A stretch of DNA of 64,000 bases, from NCBI GenBank assembly GCA_964291285.2, contig OZ219787.1, positions 1,056,001 through 1,120,000 of the forward strand. The letters are read 5' to 3'. Below, in pieces: positions 9,397-19,474 of the stretch. Source of the DNA: Alphaproteobacteria bacterium (GTDB lineage: Bacteria; Pseudomonadota; Alphaproteobacteria; Bin95). The position numbers and the translations under genes are program-made. Below the pieces are notes generated by a model. It saw only the letters and a list, made by a program, of their open reading frames with translations. It was not told where the DNA came from and ran no database searches. The stretch's first letter is position 1; each line of letters opens with the position of its first letter.

Positions 9397-9882
9397 ATGC
9401 CTGTTCTTTTCGACGAGCATCGCGAAGTCGTCCAGCCCGAATGGATCGACTATAACGGCCATATGAATGTCGCCTTTTATTTCCTCGCCTTCGACCATGC
9501 CACGGACGCATTTTACGATGCGGTCGGCTGCGGCGAGCACTACAAGGCGAACGGAAACTTCTCGACCTTCACGCTCGAGGGCCACATTACCTACGATCAG
9601 GAAGTGCTGGAAGGCGACCCGTTGCAATTCACGACGCAATTGCTCGATTTCGACGAGAAACGCCTTCACTATTTCCATGTCATGTACCATGCCGAGAAAG
9701 GCTATGCGGCGGCAACCAACGAGTTGATTGCCATGCATGTCGACATGGACCAGCGCAGGTCCGCACCGTTTCCGCCTGAAATACTGGAAAAACTGGCGGA
9801 AGTAAGGGAACGGCACAGCACGTTGCCGCGCCCCGACAAAGCCGGCCGCGTCATCGGCATCCGGCGAAAATCCGGCGCTTGA
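9397..9882 (+). CDS. 4HBT-like acyl-CoA thioesterase (CdhB-like)
   Basis: V.PEWIDYNGHMNVAFY, FTLEGHI.Y, D.KRLH.FH, HVD...RRS.PFP. Confidence 0.88.
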   Translation: MPVLFDEHREVVQPEWIDYNGHMNVAFYFLAFDHATDAFYDAVGCGEHYKANGNFSTFTLEGHITYDQEVLEGDPLQFTTQLLDFDEKRLHYFHVMYHAEKGYAAATNELIAMHVDMDQRRSAPFPPEILEKLAEVRERHSTLPRPDKAGRVIGIRRKSGA

Positions 9883-9916
9883 TTGCGGCGCCGGCAAGGA
9901 GGATGATGGCTGGTCC

Positions 9917-10405
9917 ATGCTGGTGCGGACTGTAATCCTCTTCCTTGTCGGTTTCGCCGGTCCGGCGGCGGCCTTCTGCACCGACGCTGCCGCGCCGGGC
10001 GTGGAGTGGAACCGCTGCCTGTTCGACGAGCGCAACATGCCTGAGGCCGGCCTGGCCGGGGCGAAAATCCGTTCCTCGTCGTTCAAGCGCGCCAATCTCG
10101 AAAAAGCGGATTTCACCGGCGCCGTCGGGTCGCGGGCCAAGTTCATTTCCGCCAGGCTTGCGCATGCGAAATTCGAGGACGCGAGGCTGAACGAGGCGGA
10201 CTTCACCAAGGCGGACCTGAGAGGCGCCGTCTTCGTGAATGCCGACCTGCGCCGGGCGCGGTTCTTCCGGGCCAGGCTGGAAGGCGCGGATTTCACCGGC
10301 GCGCGGCTCAGGCAGACGGACTTCTTCGACGCCGACCTTTCCGGGGCCGTATGGACCGACGGCAAGCATGTCTGCGCGCCCGGCTCCGTCGGACAGTGCA
10401 GATAG
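9917..10405 (+). CDS. Exported pentapeptide-repeat protein
   Basis: Signal peptide, A[DN]L/F.. repeats, four flanking Cys (..GAVWTDG..C..GSVGQC). Confidence 0.9.
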   Translation: MLVRTVILFLVGFAGPAAAFCTDAAAPGVEWNRCLFDERNMPEAGLAGAKIRSSSFKRANLEKADFTGAVGSRAKFISARLAHAKFEDARLNEADFTKADLRGAVFVNADLRRARFFRARLEGADFTGARLRQTDFFDADLSGAVWTDGKHVCAPGSVGQCR

Positions 10406-10415
10406 GCCGCCCAAG

Positions 10416-12188
10416 GTGAGCCCGGCCAGGGAGCTGCTTCAGCGTACCGCCGCCGGGCTCCGACAAGCCTTCGACGACGAACAGATGACCCTCCTGGCAG
10501 TCGCGCTCGTCGTCGGGCTGGCGGCGGGCTGCTGCGCCGTGCTGTTCCGGGAGGTGCTGGCGCTCTTCCAGTCGATCTTCCTCGGCACGGGCGAAGAAGA
10601 CCTGACCGAGTTCGTCGCCGGACTGCCGGCCTGGAAAATCGTGCTTGCGCCCACGGTCGGCGGTCTGCTCGTGGGCATCTATATCCGCGTCTTTCTGCGC
10701 GGCCGGCCTATGGGGGTGGCGCAGGTGATGGAAGCGAGCGCCGCCGGCGGGCGCATGGAGCTTTTGCCGGCCCTGCACGGGGCGATGGCGAACGCACTCA
10801 CGCTGGGTGCGGGCGGGTCGGCGGGCAGGGAGGGACCGGTCGTGCATCTGGGCGCGGCCGTCGCCTCATGGCTGGCGCGGCGGTTCCACAACCGGAGGGG
10901 CGCTGCCCGCACGCTGCTCGCTTGCGGCGTCGCCGGAGCGGTGGCGGCTTCGTTCAACGCGCCGTTCGCGGGCATTTTCTTCGCCCAGGAGGTGGTGATC
11001 GGCCGCTACGCGTTCGGCGCGCTCGTCCCGGTTGCCGTGTCCTCCGTGGTCGCAACCCTGATCTCGCACGCGGCATACGGGGCGTATCCGGCTTTCATCG
11101 TACCCGAGTTCAGCCTCGGCTCCTGGCTGGAATTTCCTGCCTTCGTGCTGCTCGGCGGCGTGACGGCGGCGATGGCCGTCATCTTCATCCGCTCCATTCG
11201 GATCACGGCCCGGCTGGCGGAAGCCTCGACGGTGCCGGCATGGTTGCGGCCTGCCCTTGCCGGCCTCGCGGTGGGGCTGATCGCGGTGGTCTTTCCGCAG
11301 GTGCTGGGCGTCGGATATGGCGCGACCGACAATGCCCTGAAAGCGGAATACGGCCTCTGGCTGCTGATCGGGCTGATCGTCGCCAAGACGGCGGCGACAT
11401 CGCTCACCATAGGCGGCGGGTTCGGCGGCGGCGTGTTCAGCCCGTCGCTGTTCCTTGGCGCGATGCTGGGCGGTGCATTCGGTTCCGTCGCGGGCTCGGT
11501 TGCGCCGCATCTCTTCGCCGGCGTCGGCGCCTACGCCATGGTCGGCATGGGTGCGATGGCAGGCGCGGTGCTGGGCGCGCCGATCTCCACCATCCTCATC
11601 ATGGTGGAGCTCACCGGCGACTATCAGCTCACCATGGCCGTCACCATCGCCACGGTGACGGCCGCCATGCTGACCCGCGCGCTGAACGGCGCCTCCTATT
11701 TCCGCACCGTCCTGGCGGAGAACGGCATCGACCTTGATGAGAGGCTTGAGACCGACGCCATGCGGCAGATGCGGGTGCGCGGCGTGATGAGCCGGTCCTT
11801 CTCCTCCGTGCCGCGCACCATGAAGATGAGGGAGTTGCGGGTCGCGCTCGCGACGGCGCCCTATGGCGAGCTCTTCGTCGTCGATCCATCGAACCGCCTG
11901 TTCGGCACGATCACGCTCGCGGACCTGGACGAGGCCGCGTTCGACCCCGTGATCCAGGACCTGATCTGCGCCGGAGACGCCGCGAGGCTGAACCCGCCCA
12001 TGCTGACCGTGGAAGACGACCTCGAAAGCGCCTTCAACCTGATGGAGACGCGGCACGAAGAACATATCGCCGTGGTGGACAACCTGGTGGACCGGCACCT
12101 GGTCGGCTTCATCCACGAACGCGACGTGATGCTTGCCTACAACCGCGCTCTGGTGGACATGCACCGCCGCGGGGGAACGGCTTACTGA
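10416..12188 (+). CDS. ClC-family chloride channel/antiporter with C-terminal CBS pair
   Basis: GGSAGREGP, GGVFSPSLF.GA, GAPIST...ELTG.Y, then a CBS-like tail; GTG start inferred. Confidence 0.9.
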   Translation: MSPARELLQRTAAGLRQAFDDEQMTLLAVALVVGLAAGCCAVLFREVLALFQSIFLGTGEEDLTEFVAGLPAWKIVLAPTVGGLLVGIYIRVFLRGRPMGVAQVMEASAAGGRMELLPALHGAMANALTLGAGGSAGREGPVVHLGAAVASWLARRFHNRRGAARTLLACGVAGAVAASFNAPFAGIFFAQEVVIGRYAFGALVPVAVSSVVATLISHAAYGAYPAFIVPEFSLGSWLEFPAFVLLGGVTAAMAVIFIRSIRITARLAEASTVPAWLRPALAGLAVGLIAVVFPQVLGVGYGATDNALKAEYGLWLLIGLIVAKTAATSLTIGGGFGGGVFSPSLFLGAMLGGAFGSVAGSVAPHLFAGVGAYAMVGMGAMAGAVLGAPISTILIMVELTGDYQLTMAVTIATVTAAMLTRALNGASYFRTVLAENGIDLDERLETDAMRQMRVRGVMSRSFSSVPRTMKMRELRVALATAPYGELFVVDPSNRLFGTITLADLDEAAFDPVIQDLICAGDAARLNPPMLTVEDDLESAFNLMETRHEEHIAVVDNLVDRHLVGFIHERDVMLAYNRALVDMHRRGGTAY

Positions 12189-12195
12189 GTTCGGC

Positions 12196-13152
12196 TCATT
12201 CCTCGCCGGAAGGCGTGCGGCCGATATTGTGGCCGCGTAGGTCCCGCGGGTCGGGGGGCACGACACTGGCTGCGATGGAGGCGTCGAGAGCCTCGAATTC
12301 GCTGTAGCCGATCGTTTCGTAGAGTTCCGCCCGGCTTTGCATCGAGTCCAGCAGGGCTTCCGTGCTGTCGGCGTCGGCCAGATGTGCATACATGTCGGCC
12401 ATGGCCTTCGCTGCGATGCGCAGGGACGAAACCGGCCAGATCACCACCTTGCAGCCCATCGCCTCGAACTGCGCGCCGGTGAAATAGGGGGTGCGGCCGA
12501 ACTCCGTCATGTTCGCCATGATCGGTGCGTTCACCGAGGACGAGAACCGCCGGAACATGGCCTCATTTGTGAGCGCGTCCGCGAACACGATGTCCGCGCC
12601 GGCCTCGATATAGAGCCGGGCGCGCTCGATGCCGCCTTCCAGGCCTTCCTGGGCGACGGCGTCCGTGCGCGCGATGATGCGCAGATGCGTCCGCGCCCGG
12701 TGCGCGGCCTCCACCTTGCGCGCCATCTCTTCCGGGGCCGCCAGCTGCTTGTCGTTCAGATGGCCGCATTTCTTCGGCAGCAGCTGGTCCTCGATCTGCA
12801 CGGCGGCGGCGCCGGCGGCCTCCAGTTCGCGGACCGTGCGCATGACGTTCAGCACTTCGCCATAGCCGGTATCGGCATCCACGATGAGCGGCAATTGCGT
12901 CGCGCGGTAAATGCTGCGGACATGGTGGCAGAGCTCGTCCAGTCCAATCACGCCCAGATCCGGCAGGCCCATCGAAGCCGTGACCGCCGCGCCGGAGACA
13001 TAGAGGCATTCGAAGCCGGCCCGCTTGGCGAGCAGGCCGGCCATCGCATTGTGCGCGCCGGGCGCCCGCAGGATTCCGGGCCGCACCAGCAGGGCGGCGA
13101 AACGCTCCCCGGCCGGCTGCTTGATCCACCGGTCATTGGTAAGCCAGGTCAT
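12196..13152 (-). CDS. prpB: 2-methylisocitrate lyase
   Basis: YVSGA, GLPDLG, VDADTGYG, IEDQ.LPKKCGH, ANMTEFG.TP, MQSR.ELY..I.Y. Confidence 0.9.
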   Translation of the reverse strand: MTWLTNDRWIKQPAGERFAALLVRPGILRAPGAHNAMAGLLAKRAGFECLYVSGAAVTASMGLPDLGVIGLDELCHHVRSIYRATQLPLIVDADTGYGEVLNVMRTVRELEAAGAAAVQIEDQLLPKKCGHLNDKQLAAPEEMARKVEAAHRARTHLRIIARTDAVAQEGLEGGIERARLYIEAGADIVFADALTNEAMFRRFSSSVNAPIMANMTEFGRTPYFTGAQFEAMGCKVVIWPVSSLRIAAKAMADMYAHLADADSTEALLDSMQSRAELYETIGYSEFEALDASIAASVVPPDPRDLRGHNIGRTPSGEE

Positions 13153-13186
13153 CGAACCTCCCTCCGGCGGCCGCGGCCATCAGGCC

Positions 13187-14425
13187 TCAGTCGTAGCTGC
13201 GCTGGTCGTCGATGACCTTGCCGTCGTTCGGCAGCGAGTCGGCGAACTCGATGCGGCCGCGCATCTTGCATTCCGACCGGAAACTCTCCGCAACCGCATC
13301 CCGGAAGGCGCCCTCGCGGGTCGGAGCCTCGACCTGCAGGGTGGCGGTGTCGAGATTGTTCTCGGAGCCGACCACGAGCCGGAGCCGCGTGATTTCGGGA
13401 TGGCGGGCGAGCACGCGGTTCACCTGCTCGGGCCGGATGAACATGCCGCGCACTTTCGCCGTCTGGTCGGCCCGGCCCATCCAGCCCTTGATGCGGGTGT
13501 TGGTGCGCCCGCAGGAGCTTTGCCCCGCATCGACGGCCGACATGTCGCCGGTCGCGAAGCGGAAGAGCGGATAGTCGTCGTTCAGGGTCGTCACCACGAC
13601 TTCGCCGACATCGCCGTCCGGCACCGGATCGCCGGAGCCGGGCCGGACGATCTCGACGATCACGCCCTCGTCCAGAACCATGCCTTCCAGCGCCGGGGTC
13701 TCGTATGCGACCAGACCGACATCCGCCGTGCCGTAATTCTGCATCACATCGACGCCCTTGCTCCGGATTTCCGCCCGGAGCGAAGGGAAGAGGGCGCCGC
13801 CGCCGACCAACGCCTTGGAGAGCGAGGGCAGCGCCGTCCCCATCTCTTCGGCCTTGTCCAGCACGATCTTCAGGAAGTCGGGCGTGCCCATGAAGCCGAC
13901 AGCGCCGAAATGCCGGATCGCCTCGACCTGCTGCTCGGTCTGGCCGACGCCGCCAGGAAACACCGTGCAGCCGAGCGCTTCGGCCGCACTCTCCATCATG
14001 AAGGCGCCGGGGGTGAAGTGGTAGCTGAAGGTGTTGTGGACCACATCGCCCTGGCGGAAGCCGGCGGCATAAAGCGAGCGCGCGCCCCGGAACCAGTCGG
14101 GCCTGGTGCCCATCGGCTCGCAGATCGGCCCGGGCGAGCGGAACACGCGCCGGAACGCGCCCACGGGCACGATCGTCATGCCGCCGAAGGGCGGGTCCGC
14201 CGCCTGCACTTCCATCAGGTCGGACTTCCGGGTGACCGGAAGGGCCGCCAGCGCATCGCGGGAGGTGATGTCGCCGGCCTCTACTCCGTCGAACGTCCGT
14301 TGCCAGTAAGGCGCCTTGTCCTTGGCAAGAGCGATCAGGCCGCGCAACTCGTCGAACTGCTCGGCCTCACGCCGCTCCGGGTCCCGGGTCTCCAGCTTGT
14401 CGTAGAAGTCGCCGTTTGCGGTCAT
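13187..14425 (-). CDS. Phenylacetate-CoA ligase-like AMP-binding protein
   Basis: SPGPI.EP, FSYHFTPG, YGTADVG, RFATGDMS, GWMGRADQT.KV.GMF, LPNDGKVI.D.R. Confidence 0.88.
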   Translation of the reverse strand: MTANGDFYDKLETRDPERREAEQFDELRGLIALAKDKAPYWQRTFDGVEAGDITSRDALAALPVTRKSDLMEVQAADPPFGGMTIVPVGAFRRVFRSPGPICEPMGTRPDWFRGARSLYAAGFRQGDVVHNTFSYHFTPGAFMMESAAEALGCTVFPGGVGQTEQQVEAIRHFGAVGFMGTPDFLKIVLDKAEEMGTALPSLSKALVGGGALFPSLRAEIRSKGVDVMQNYGTADVGLVAYETPALEGMVLDEGVIVEIVRPGSGDPVPDGDVGEVVVTTLNDDYPLFRFATGDMSAVDAGQSSCGRTNTRIKGWMGRADQTAKVRGMFIRPEQVNRVLARHPEITRLRLVVGSENNLDTATLQVEAPTREGAFRDAVAESFRSECKMRGRIEFADSLPNDGKVIDDQRSYD

Positions 14426-14431
14426 GGTGCC

Positions 14432-15244
14432 TCATACCCAGCGTTTGCGCCGACGATAGAATTTGATGTCCCGGTAGCTCCTGCGCCCGGTCGAGCTGAT
14501 GCCGAGGTAGAACTCCTTGACATCCTCGTTCTCGCGAAGGTCGGCGGCCTCGCCGTCCATGACGATGCGTCCGTTCTCCAGGATGTAGCCGTAATGGGCG
14601 TATTTGAGCGCCATGTTGGTGTTCTGCTCGGCCAGCAGGATCGAGCAGTTTTCCTCTTCGTTGATGCGCTTCACGATCTCGAAGATCTGCTCGACGAGCT
14701 GCGGGGCGAGCCCCATGGAGGGTTCGTCCAGAAGAATCATCTCCGGCCGGGACATGAGCGCGCGGCCGATGGCGCACATCTGCTGCTCGCCGCCGGAAAT
14801 ATAGCCGGCGAGGCTCTTGCGCCGGCTCTTGAGAGCCGGGAAGTATCCGTAAACCGCATCGAGGTCGTCGTTGAGCTCCGCGCGGCGCGCATGGCGCGTA
14901 TAGGCGCCCGTCAACAGGTTTTCCTCGACGGTCAAATGTTCGAAACAATGGCGGCCTTCCATCACCTGGATGACGCCCTTGCGCACGAGATCGGTCGGCG
15001 TCAGTGCGTCGATCTGCTCGCCGCGATAGAGGATCGAGCCCTTGGTGACCTCGCCGCGCTCGGCGCGCAGCAGATTGGAAACGGCCTTGAGGGTTGTCGT
15101 CTTGCCGGCCCCGTTCGCGCCGAGGAGGGTAACGATACCCCCCTTCGGCACGTGGAGGGAGACGCCCTTCAGCACGAGGATGACGTGGTCGTAGATGACC
15201 TCGACATTGTTGACTTCGAGGACGTTGCCAACGGTCTCGTTCAT
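14432..15244 (-). CDS. Branched-chain-amino-acid-type ABC transporter ATPase (LivF-like)
   Basis: GANGAGKTT, SGGEQQM, LLDEPSMGLAP, C-terminal YRRRKRW. Confidence 0.92.
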   Translation of the reverse strand: MNETVGNVLEVNNVEVIYDHVILVLKGVSLHVPKGGIVTLLGANGAGKTTTLKAVSNLLRAERGEVTKGSILYRGEQIDALTPTDLVRKGVIQVMEGRHCFEHLTVEENLLTGAYTRHARRAELNDDLDAVYGYFPALKSRRKSLAGYISGGEQQMCAIGRALMSRPEMILLDEPSMGLAPQLVEQIFEIVKRINEEENCSILLAEQNTNMALKYAHYGYILENGRIVMDGEAADLRENEDVKEFYLGISSTGRRSYRDIKFYRRRKRWV

Positions 15245-15284
15245 GGGCTTCCGGGCCTCTCCCGCCAATGGGGGCCGCGCCGCT

Positions 15285-16589
15285 CTACGAGCAGGTGCGC
15301 GGGGTGATGTTGTTCTCCTGGGCGTATTGCGCCGCGTCCTGCTCGATGAGCGGGCGGACGATGTCGGTCATCGCCGGGATCCAGTCGGTGATGATCTCCC
15401 AGGCGCTGCCGTTCCACTGCTGGACCAGGATCGCCGGGTTGGTGCCTTCATGGTTCAGGCAGGTCACCGTGGTCGGCGGCATCAGCCCGGTAAGGCCGAG
15501 CGCTTCCACATCCTCGGCGGAAAGGTCGATGTTCTCGAACGCCCAGCGCACCTGCTCCCCCGAGACATGCTTGCCCTTGCCGTATTTCTCCTGGGCCAGC
15601 CGGACAGCCTCGACGATGAAGGCCGCATTGACCATGCCACGGTTGTAGAGCACCGTGCCCATGTCGTCGCCGCCCTTCAGGCCGCTCACGCCTTTCAGGT
15701 CCTCGAACACCTTGTAGCCGGTGCCGGCGCCGTTGAAGGTCGCGCCCTTGTAGCCGGTCGCGCCCTCGCCGGCCGGCAGCACATCGGGCTCGGCGGCGGA
15801 CCACCAGTTGCCGATGAACCTGCTCATGTCGAACTTGATGTTCGCGGCTTCCTTGACCGCCGTCGAGTTCATCGCGCCCCAGCCCCACATGATGGCGTAG
15901 GACGGCTTGGTCCGGCGGATCTGCAGCCAGATGGACTTTTGCTCCGTCATCGTGGCCGGCGGCACCGGATACTTGTCGTAAGTGAAGCCGAACTTCTCCG
16001 CCAGGATGTCGAAGGTCGGGATCGGCTCGCGCCCATAGGGATGGTCGAGATAGATGAACGCGAAACGCTGGCCCTTCAACGCCTCGAGCCCGCCCGTCTC
16101 GTTGGCGATGTACTGGATGACGGCCGTGGCCTGGCTCCAGTAGGTCGAGGGGAAGTTGAAGACATAGGGGAACACCCGTCCGTCGGCGGCGCTGGTGCGG
16201 CCGTAGCCCATCGACAGGATCGGAATCTTGTCGTTGGTGGCTTTCTCGATCAGGGCGTAGGTGGTGCCGGTGGACCAGGGGCTGAGCGCCGTCGCGCCGC
16301 CGTTCTTGTCCTTCAGGCGGTCATAGCACTCGACGCCGCGATCGGTCTTGTAGCCGGTCTCGCACTCCTCGACGATGAACTTGACGCCGTTGACGCCGCC
16401 GTCGCGCTCGTTGATGAGCTGGAAGTAGTCGACATAGCCGTTAGCGAACGGAGTGCCGTTCGGGGCGTAAGCGCCCGTGCGGTAGGAGAGGACGGGGATG
16501 TACTGCCCCTCCTGGGCCTGGGCAACAGCAATGGCGCCGACCGCAACGGCTGCGGCCAGACCCGCTGTCGCCAGTTTCTTCGTAAGCAT
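15285..16589 (-). CDS. ABC substrate-binding protein (Leu/Ile/Val-binding fold)
   Basis: Signal peptide; YRTGAYAPNG, ECETGY.TDRGVECY, GYGRT.AADG.VF. Confidence 0.92.
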   Translation of the reverse strand: MLTKKLATAGLAAAVAVGAIAVAQAQEGQYIPVLSYRTGAYAPNGTPFANGYVDYFQLINERDGGVNGVKFIVEECETGYKTDRGVECYDRLKDKNGGATALSPWSTGTTYALIEKATNDKIPILSMGYGRTSAADGRVFPYVFNFPSTYWSQATAVIQYIANETGGLEALKGQRFAFIYLDHPYGREPIPTFDILAEKFGFTYDKYPVPPATMTEQKSIWLQIRRTKPSYAIMWGWGAMNSTAVKEAANIKFDMSRFIGNWWSAAEPDVLPAGEGATGYKGATFNGAGTGYKVFEDLKGVSGLKGGDDMGTVLYNRGMVNAAFIVEAVRLAQEKYGKGKHVSGEQVRWAFENIDLSAEDVEALGLTGLMPPTTVTCLNHEGTNPAILVQQWNGSAWEIITDWIPAMTDIVRPLIEQDAAQYAQENNITPRTCS

Positions 16590-16647
16590 GATGGGGACCT
16601 CCCTTGGGTTTCTGCCTCATCGGCGTTGCGGCTGTCTCCCGCGACGG

Positions 16648-17724
16648 TCAATACGGGAACGGCCAGAGGCGCAGCTTTTCCTTGGCAATCTGCCAGAGCC
16701 GCGCCAGACCATGCGGTTCGACGATCAGGAAGAAGATGATCAGAGCGCCGAACAGCATGAACTCGATGTGGGTGATTGTATCGCCTGCGACGGCGTATCC
16801 GAACCAGCTCGGGACGCTGTTGAGGAAGATCGGCAGCAGGAAGATGAACGCGGCGCCGAGGAAGGAGCCGAGCACGCTGCCGAGGCCGCCGACGATGACC
16901 ATGAACAGCACCTGGAAGGACCGGTTGATGTCGAATGCGGTGGGCTCCACCGTGTTGATGTAGCACATGGCCCAGAGCGCGCCGGCGACCCCGCAATAGA
17001 AGCTGGAGATCGCGAAGGCGGAGAGCTTGGTCGGCAGCGGCCGGATTCCGATCAACTCCGCCGCGATATCCATGTCCCGTATCGCCATCCAGGAGCGCCC
17101 GATACGCGAGCGCGCCATGTTGCGGGCGATCCAGGCAAGCACGATGACGAAGGCCAGCACGAACAGGTATTTCGCTTCGTTGGTCGCCGTGGCGCCCGTG
17201 ACGTCGAAACCCAGCACGCTGCGCGGCGGCGCCGTCGGCACGCCCGAGATCGAATAATTGACGAACCACGGCACCTTGACGAACAGCCAGAGCAGGAAGA
17301 ACTGCGCCGCGAGGGTCGCGACGGCCAGGTAAAAGCCCTTGATGCGCAGACTGGGCAAGCCGAACGCGATCCCGATTGCCGCGGCGCAGAGCCCGGCCAG
17401 CGGGATCACGAGCCAGATCGGCATCCAGGTGATGTTGGTCGCGATCTTGTAGGCAAGATAAGCGCCCGCCGCCATGAACGCGCCCGTGCCGAGCGAAAGC
17501 TGGCCGCAATAGCCCGTCAGGATGTTGAGGCCCAGCGCCGCGATCGACAGGATCAGCACCGGGATCAGGATCGAGGCGATCAGATACTCGCTCGCCAGCA
17601 GCGGGATGCCGACGATGGCGAAGATCGTCAACCCGATCACGAATACGCGGTCGAGCGGAATCGTCAGCATCGCCTGGTCGGCGGAATAGCTGGTCTTGAA
17701 CTGTCCGGCTTCGCGGTAAAACAT
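16648..17724 (-). CDS. ABC permease (LivM-like)
   Basis: MFYREAGQFK.SY, GLNILTGYCGQLSLG, KEKLRLWPFP. Confidence 0.92.
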   Translation of the reverse strand: MFYREAGQFKTSYSADQAMLTIPLDRVFVIGLTIFAIVGIPLLASEYLIASILIPVLILSIAALGLNILTGYCGQLSLGTGAFMAAGAYLAYKIATNITWMPIWLVIPLAGLCAAAIGIAFGLPSLRIKGFYLAVATLAAQFFLLWLFVKVPWFVNYSISGVPTAPPRSVLGFDVTGATATNEAKYLFVLAFVIVLAWIARNMARSRIGRSWMAIRDMDIAAELIGIRPLPTKLSAFAISSFYCGVAGALWAMCYINTVEPTAFDINRSFQVLFMVIVGGLGSVLGSFLGAAFIFLLPIFLNSVPSWFGYAVAGDTITHIEFMLFGALIIFFLIVEPHGLARLWQIAKEKLRLWPFPY

Positions 17725-17728
17725 CAGG

Positions 17729-18679
17729 TCATACCCGTTCGATGATCTTTTCGCCGAACAGGCCTTGCGGCCTGAAGAACAGGAAGATCATGGCTACGAT
17801 ATAGGCGAACCACTCCTCCGTCGCGCCTTCCAGCAGGGGCACGCCCCAGTAGTTCTCGAACACCTTTTCGCCGGCGCCGACGATCAGCCCGCCGATGATG
17901 GCGCCGGGTATCGAGGTGAAGCCGCCGAGGATCAATACCGGCAGGGCCTTGAGCGCAATGGTGGAAAGCGCGAACTGCACGCCGAGCTTGGCCCCCCACA
18001 TGATGCCGGCGACCAGCGCCACGAAGCCTGCAACCGCCCACACGATCACCCAGATATTGTTGAGCGGAATGCCGACCGAGAGCGCCGCCTGGTGGTCGTC
18101 GGCGACGGCGCGGAGCGCCCGCCCGACCGGCGTGAAGTGGAAGAAAAGCGCCAGCACCGTGACCAGGAAGGCCGCAATCACCCCGGCGAACAGGTCCGAG
18201 GACTGCACCAGGATTTCGCCGAAGCCCGCCTCCCAGAACAGCGCCGCATCGGGGATGCCGACGCGGACCGGGCGTACATCGCCGCCCCAGATCGACTCGC
18301 CGAATCCTTCTAGGAAGAAGGCGATGCCGATGGTCGCCATGAACAGGATTATCGGGTCCTGGTTCACCAGCGGCCGCAGCACGAGCCGGTCCACGGCGAA
18401 CGCCAGGACGGTCATGATGCCGACTGTAATGAGGAAGGCCAGGATCGGGTGGACGCCGAGGTCCATCAGCCCGACGAAGTTGAGCGCCGCGAACAGGACG
18501 AAGATGCCCTGGGCGAAGTTGAAGATGCCCGAGGCCTTGAAGATCAGCACGAAACCGAGCGCCACCAGCGAATACATGACGCCTGAAGTCAGCCCGCCGA
18601 TCAGCACCTCCACCAGGAAGGCCGGTTCGACCACCATCTGGACGAACGGGTCGATGAAGATGAGGTAAAGGGTTTCCAT
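17729..18679 (-). CDS. ABC permease (LivH-like)
   Basis: YSLVALGFVLIFKASG.FNFAQG, GRALRAVADD, RPQGLFGE.IIERV. Confidence 0.92.
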   Translation of the reverse strand: METLYLIFIDPFVQMVVEPAFLVEVLIGGLTSGVMYSLVALGFVLIFKASGIFNFAQGIFVLFAALNFVGLMDLGVHPILAFLITVGIMTVLAFAVDRLVLRPLVNQDPIILFMATIGIAFFLEGFGESIWGGDVRPVRVGIPDAALFWEAGFGEILVQSSDLFAGVIAAFLVTVLALFFHFTPVGRALRAVADDHQAALSVGIPLNNIWVIVWAVAGFVALVAGIMWGAKLGVQFALSTIALKALPVLILGGFTSIPGAIIGGLIVGAGEKVFENYWGVPLLEGATEEWFAYIVAMIFLFFRPQGLFGEKIIERV

Positions 18680-18691
18680 CGCCGCGCCGTC

Positions 18692-19474
18692 CTAGTCGTG
18701 GCTCACGCCGAGATAGGCGTCGATGACATTCTGGTTGCCGCGGACCTCGTCCGGCGTGCCTTCGGCGAGTTTCCTGCCATAGTCGAGCACCACGACGCGG
18801 TCGGATACATCCATGACGACGCCCATGTCATGCTCGATCAGTGCGATCGTGGTGCCGAGTTCGTGGTTGGTGGACAGCACGAAGCGGCACATGTCCTCCT
18901 TCTCCTCGACATTCATGCCGGCCATCGGCTCGTCGAGCAGCAGCAGTTCCGGCTCCGCGGCGAGTGCGCGCGCGAGCTCGACGCGCTTCTGCAGGCCGTA
19001 GGGCAGGCGTCCTACCGGCGTCTTGCGGATTGCCTGGATTTCCAGGAAGTCGATCACCTCCTCGACCTTCTCGCGGTGCTCGATTTCCTCGCGCCGGCCC
19101 CGGCCGATATAGAGCGCCTGTTCCGCCAGGGAGGCCCGCATCCTCAGCATGCGCCCGGTCATGACGTTCTCGAGCGTCGTCATGCCCTTGAAGAGCGCGA
19201 TGTTCTGGAAGGTGCGGCTGATGCCCTGGGCTGCGGCCTCGTGCGGGCGCATCTGCCGGCGTTCCGCACCTTTGAAGGTGATGGTGCCTTCCTGCGGATG
19301 GTAGAAGCCGTTGATGCAATTCAGCATCGACGACTTGCCGGCCCCGTTGGGCCCGATGATGGCGAAGATTTCACCCTCATGGATATCGAAGCTCACATCC
19401 GTCAGCGCGCGGACGCCGCCGAAACGCAGCGAAATGTCCTTGACGCTTAGCAGGATGTCTCCCGGCCGCGTCAT
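18692..19474 (-). CDS. ABC ATPase (LivG-like)
   Basis: GPNGAGKSS, RTFQN, LPYGLQKRVEL, LDEPMAG, IEHDM. Confidence 0.92.
   Translation of the reverse strand: MTRPGDILLSVKDISLRFGGVRALTDVSFDIHEGEIFAIIGPNGAGKSSMLNCINGFYHPQEGTITFKGAERRQMRPHEAAAQGISRTFQNIALFKGMTTLENVMTGRMLRMRASLAEQALYIGRGRREEIEHREKVEEVIDFLEIQAIRKTPVGRLPYGLQKRVELARALAAEPELLLLDEPMAGMNVEEKEDMCRFVLSTNHELGTTIALIEHDMGVVMDVSDRVVVLDYGRKLAEGTPDEVRGNQNVIDAYLGVSHD

Noticed and set aside
9917-10405. DNA-level periodicity suggesting a repeat array or CRISPR
   Set aside because: Explained by pentapeptide protein repeats; no spacers or cas genes.
13167-13174. GCGGCCGC sites (also at 38552) as evidence about the nuclease target
   Set aside because: Presence of sites is uninformative without methylation data.
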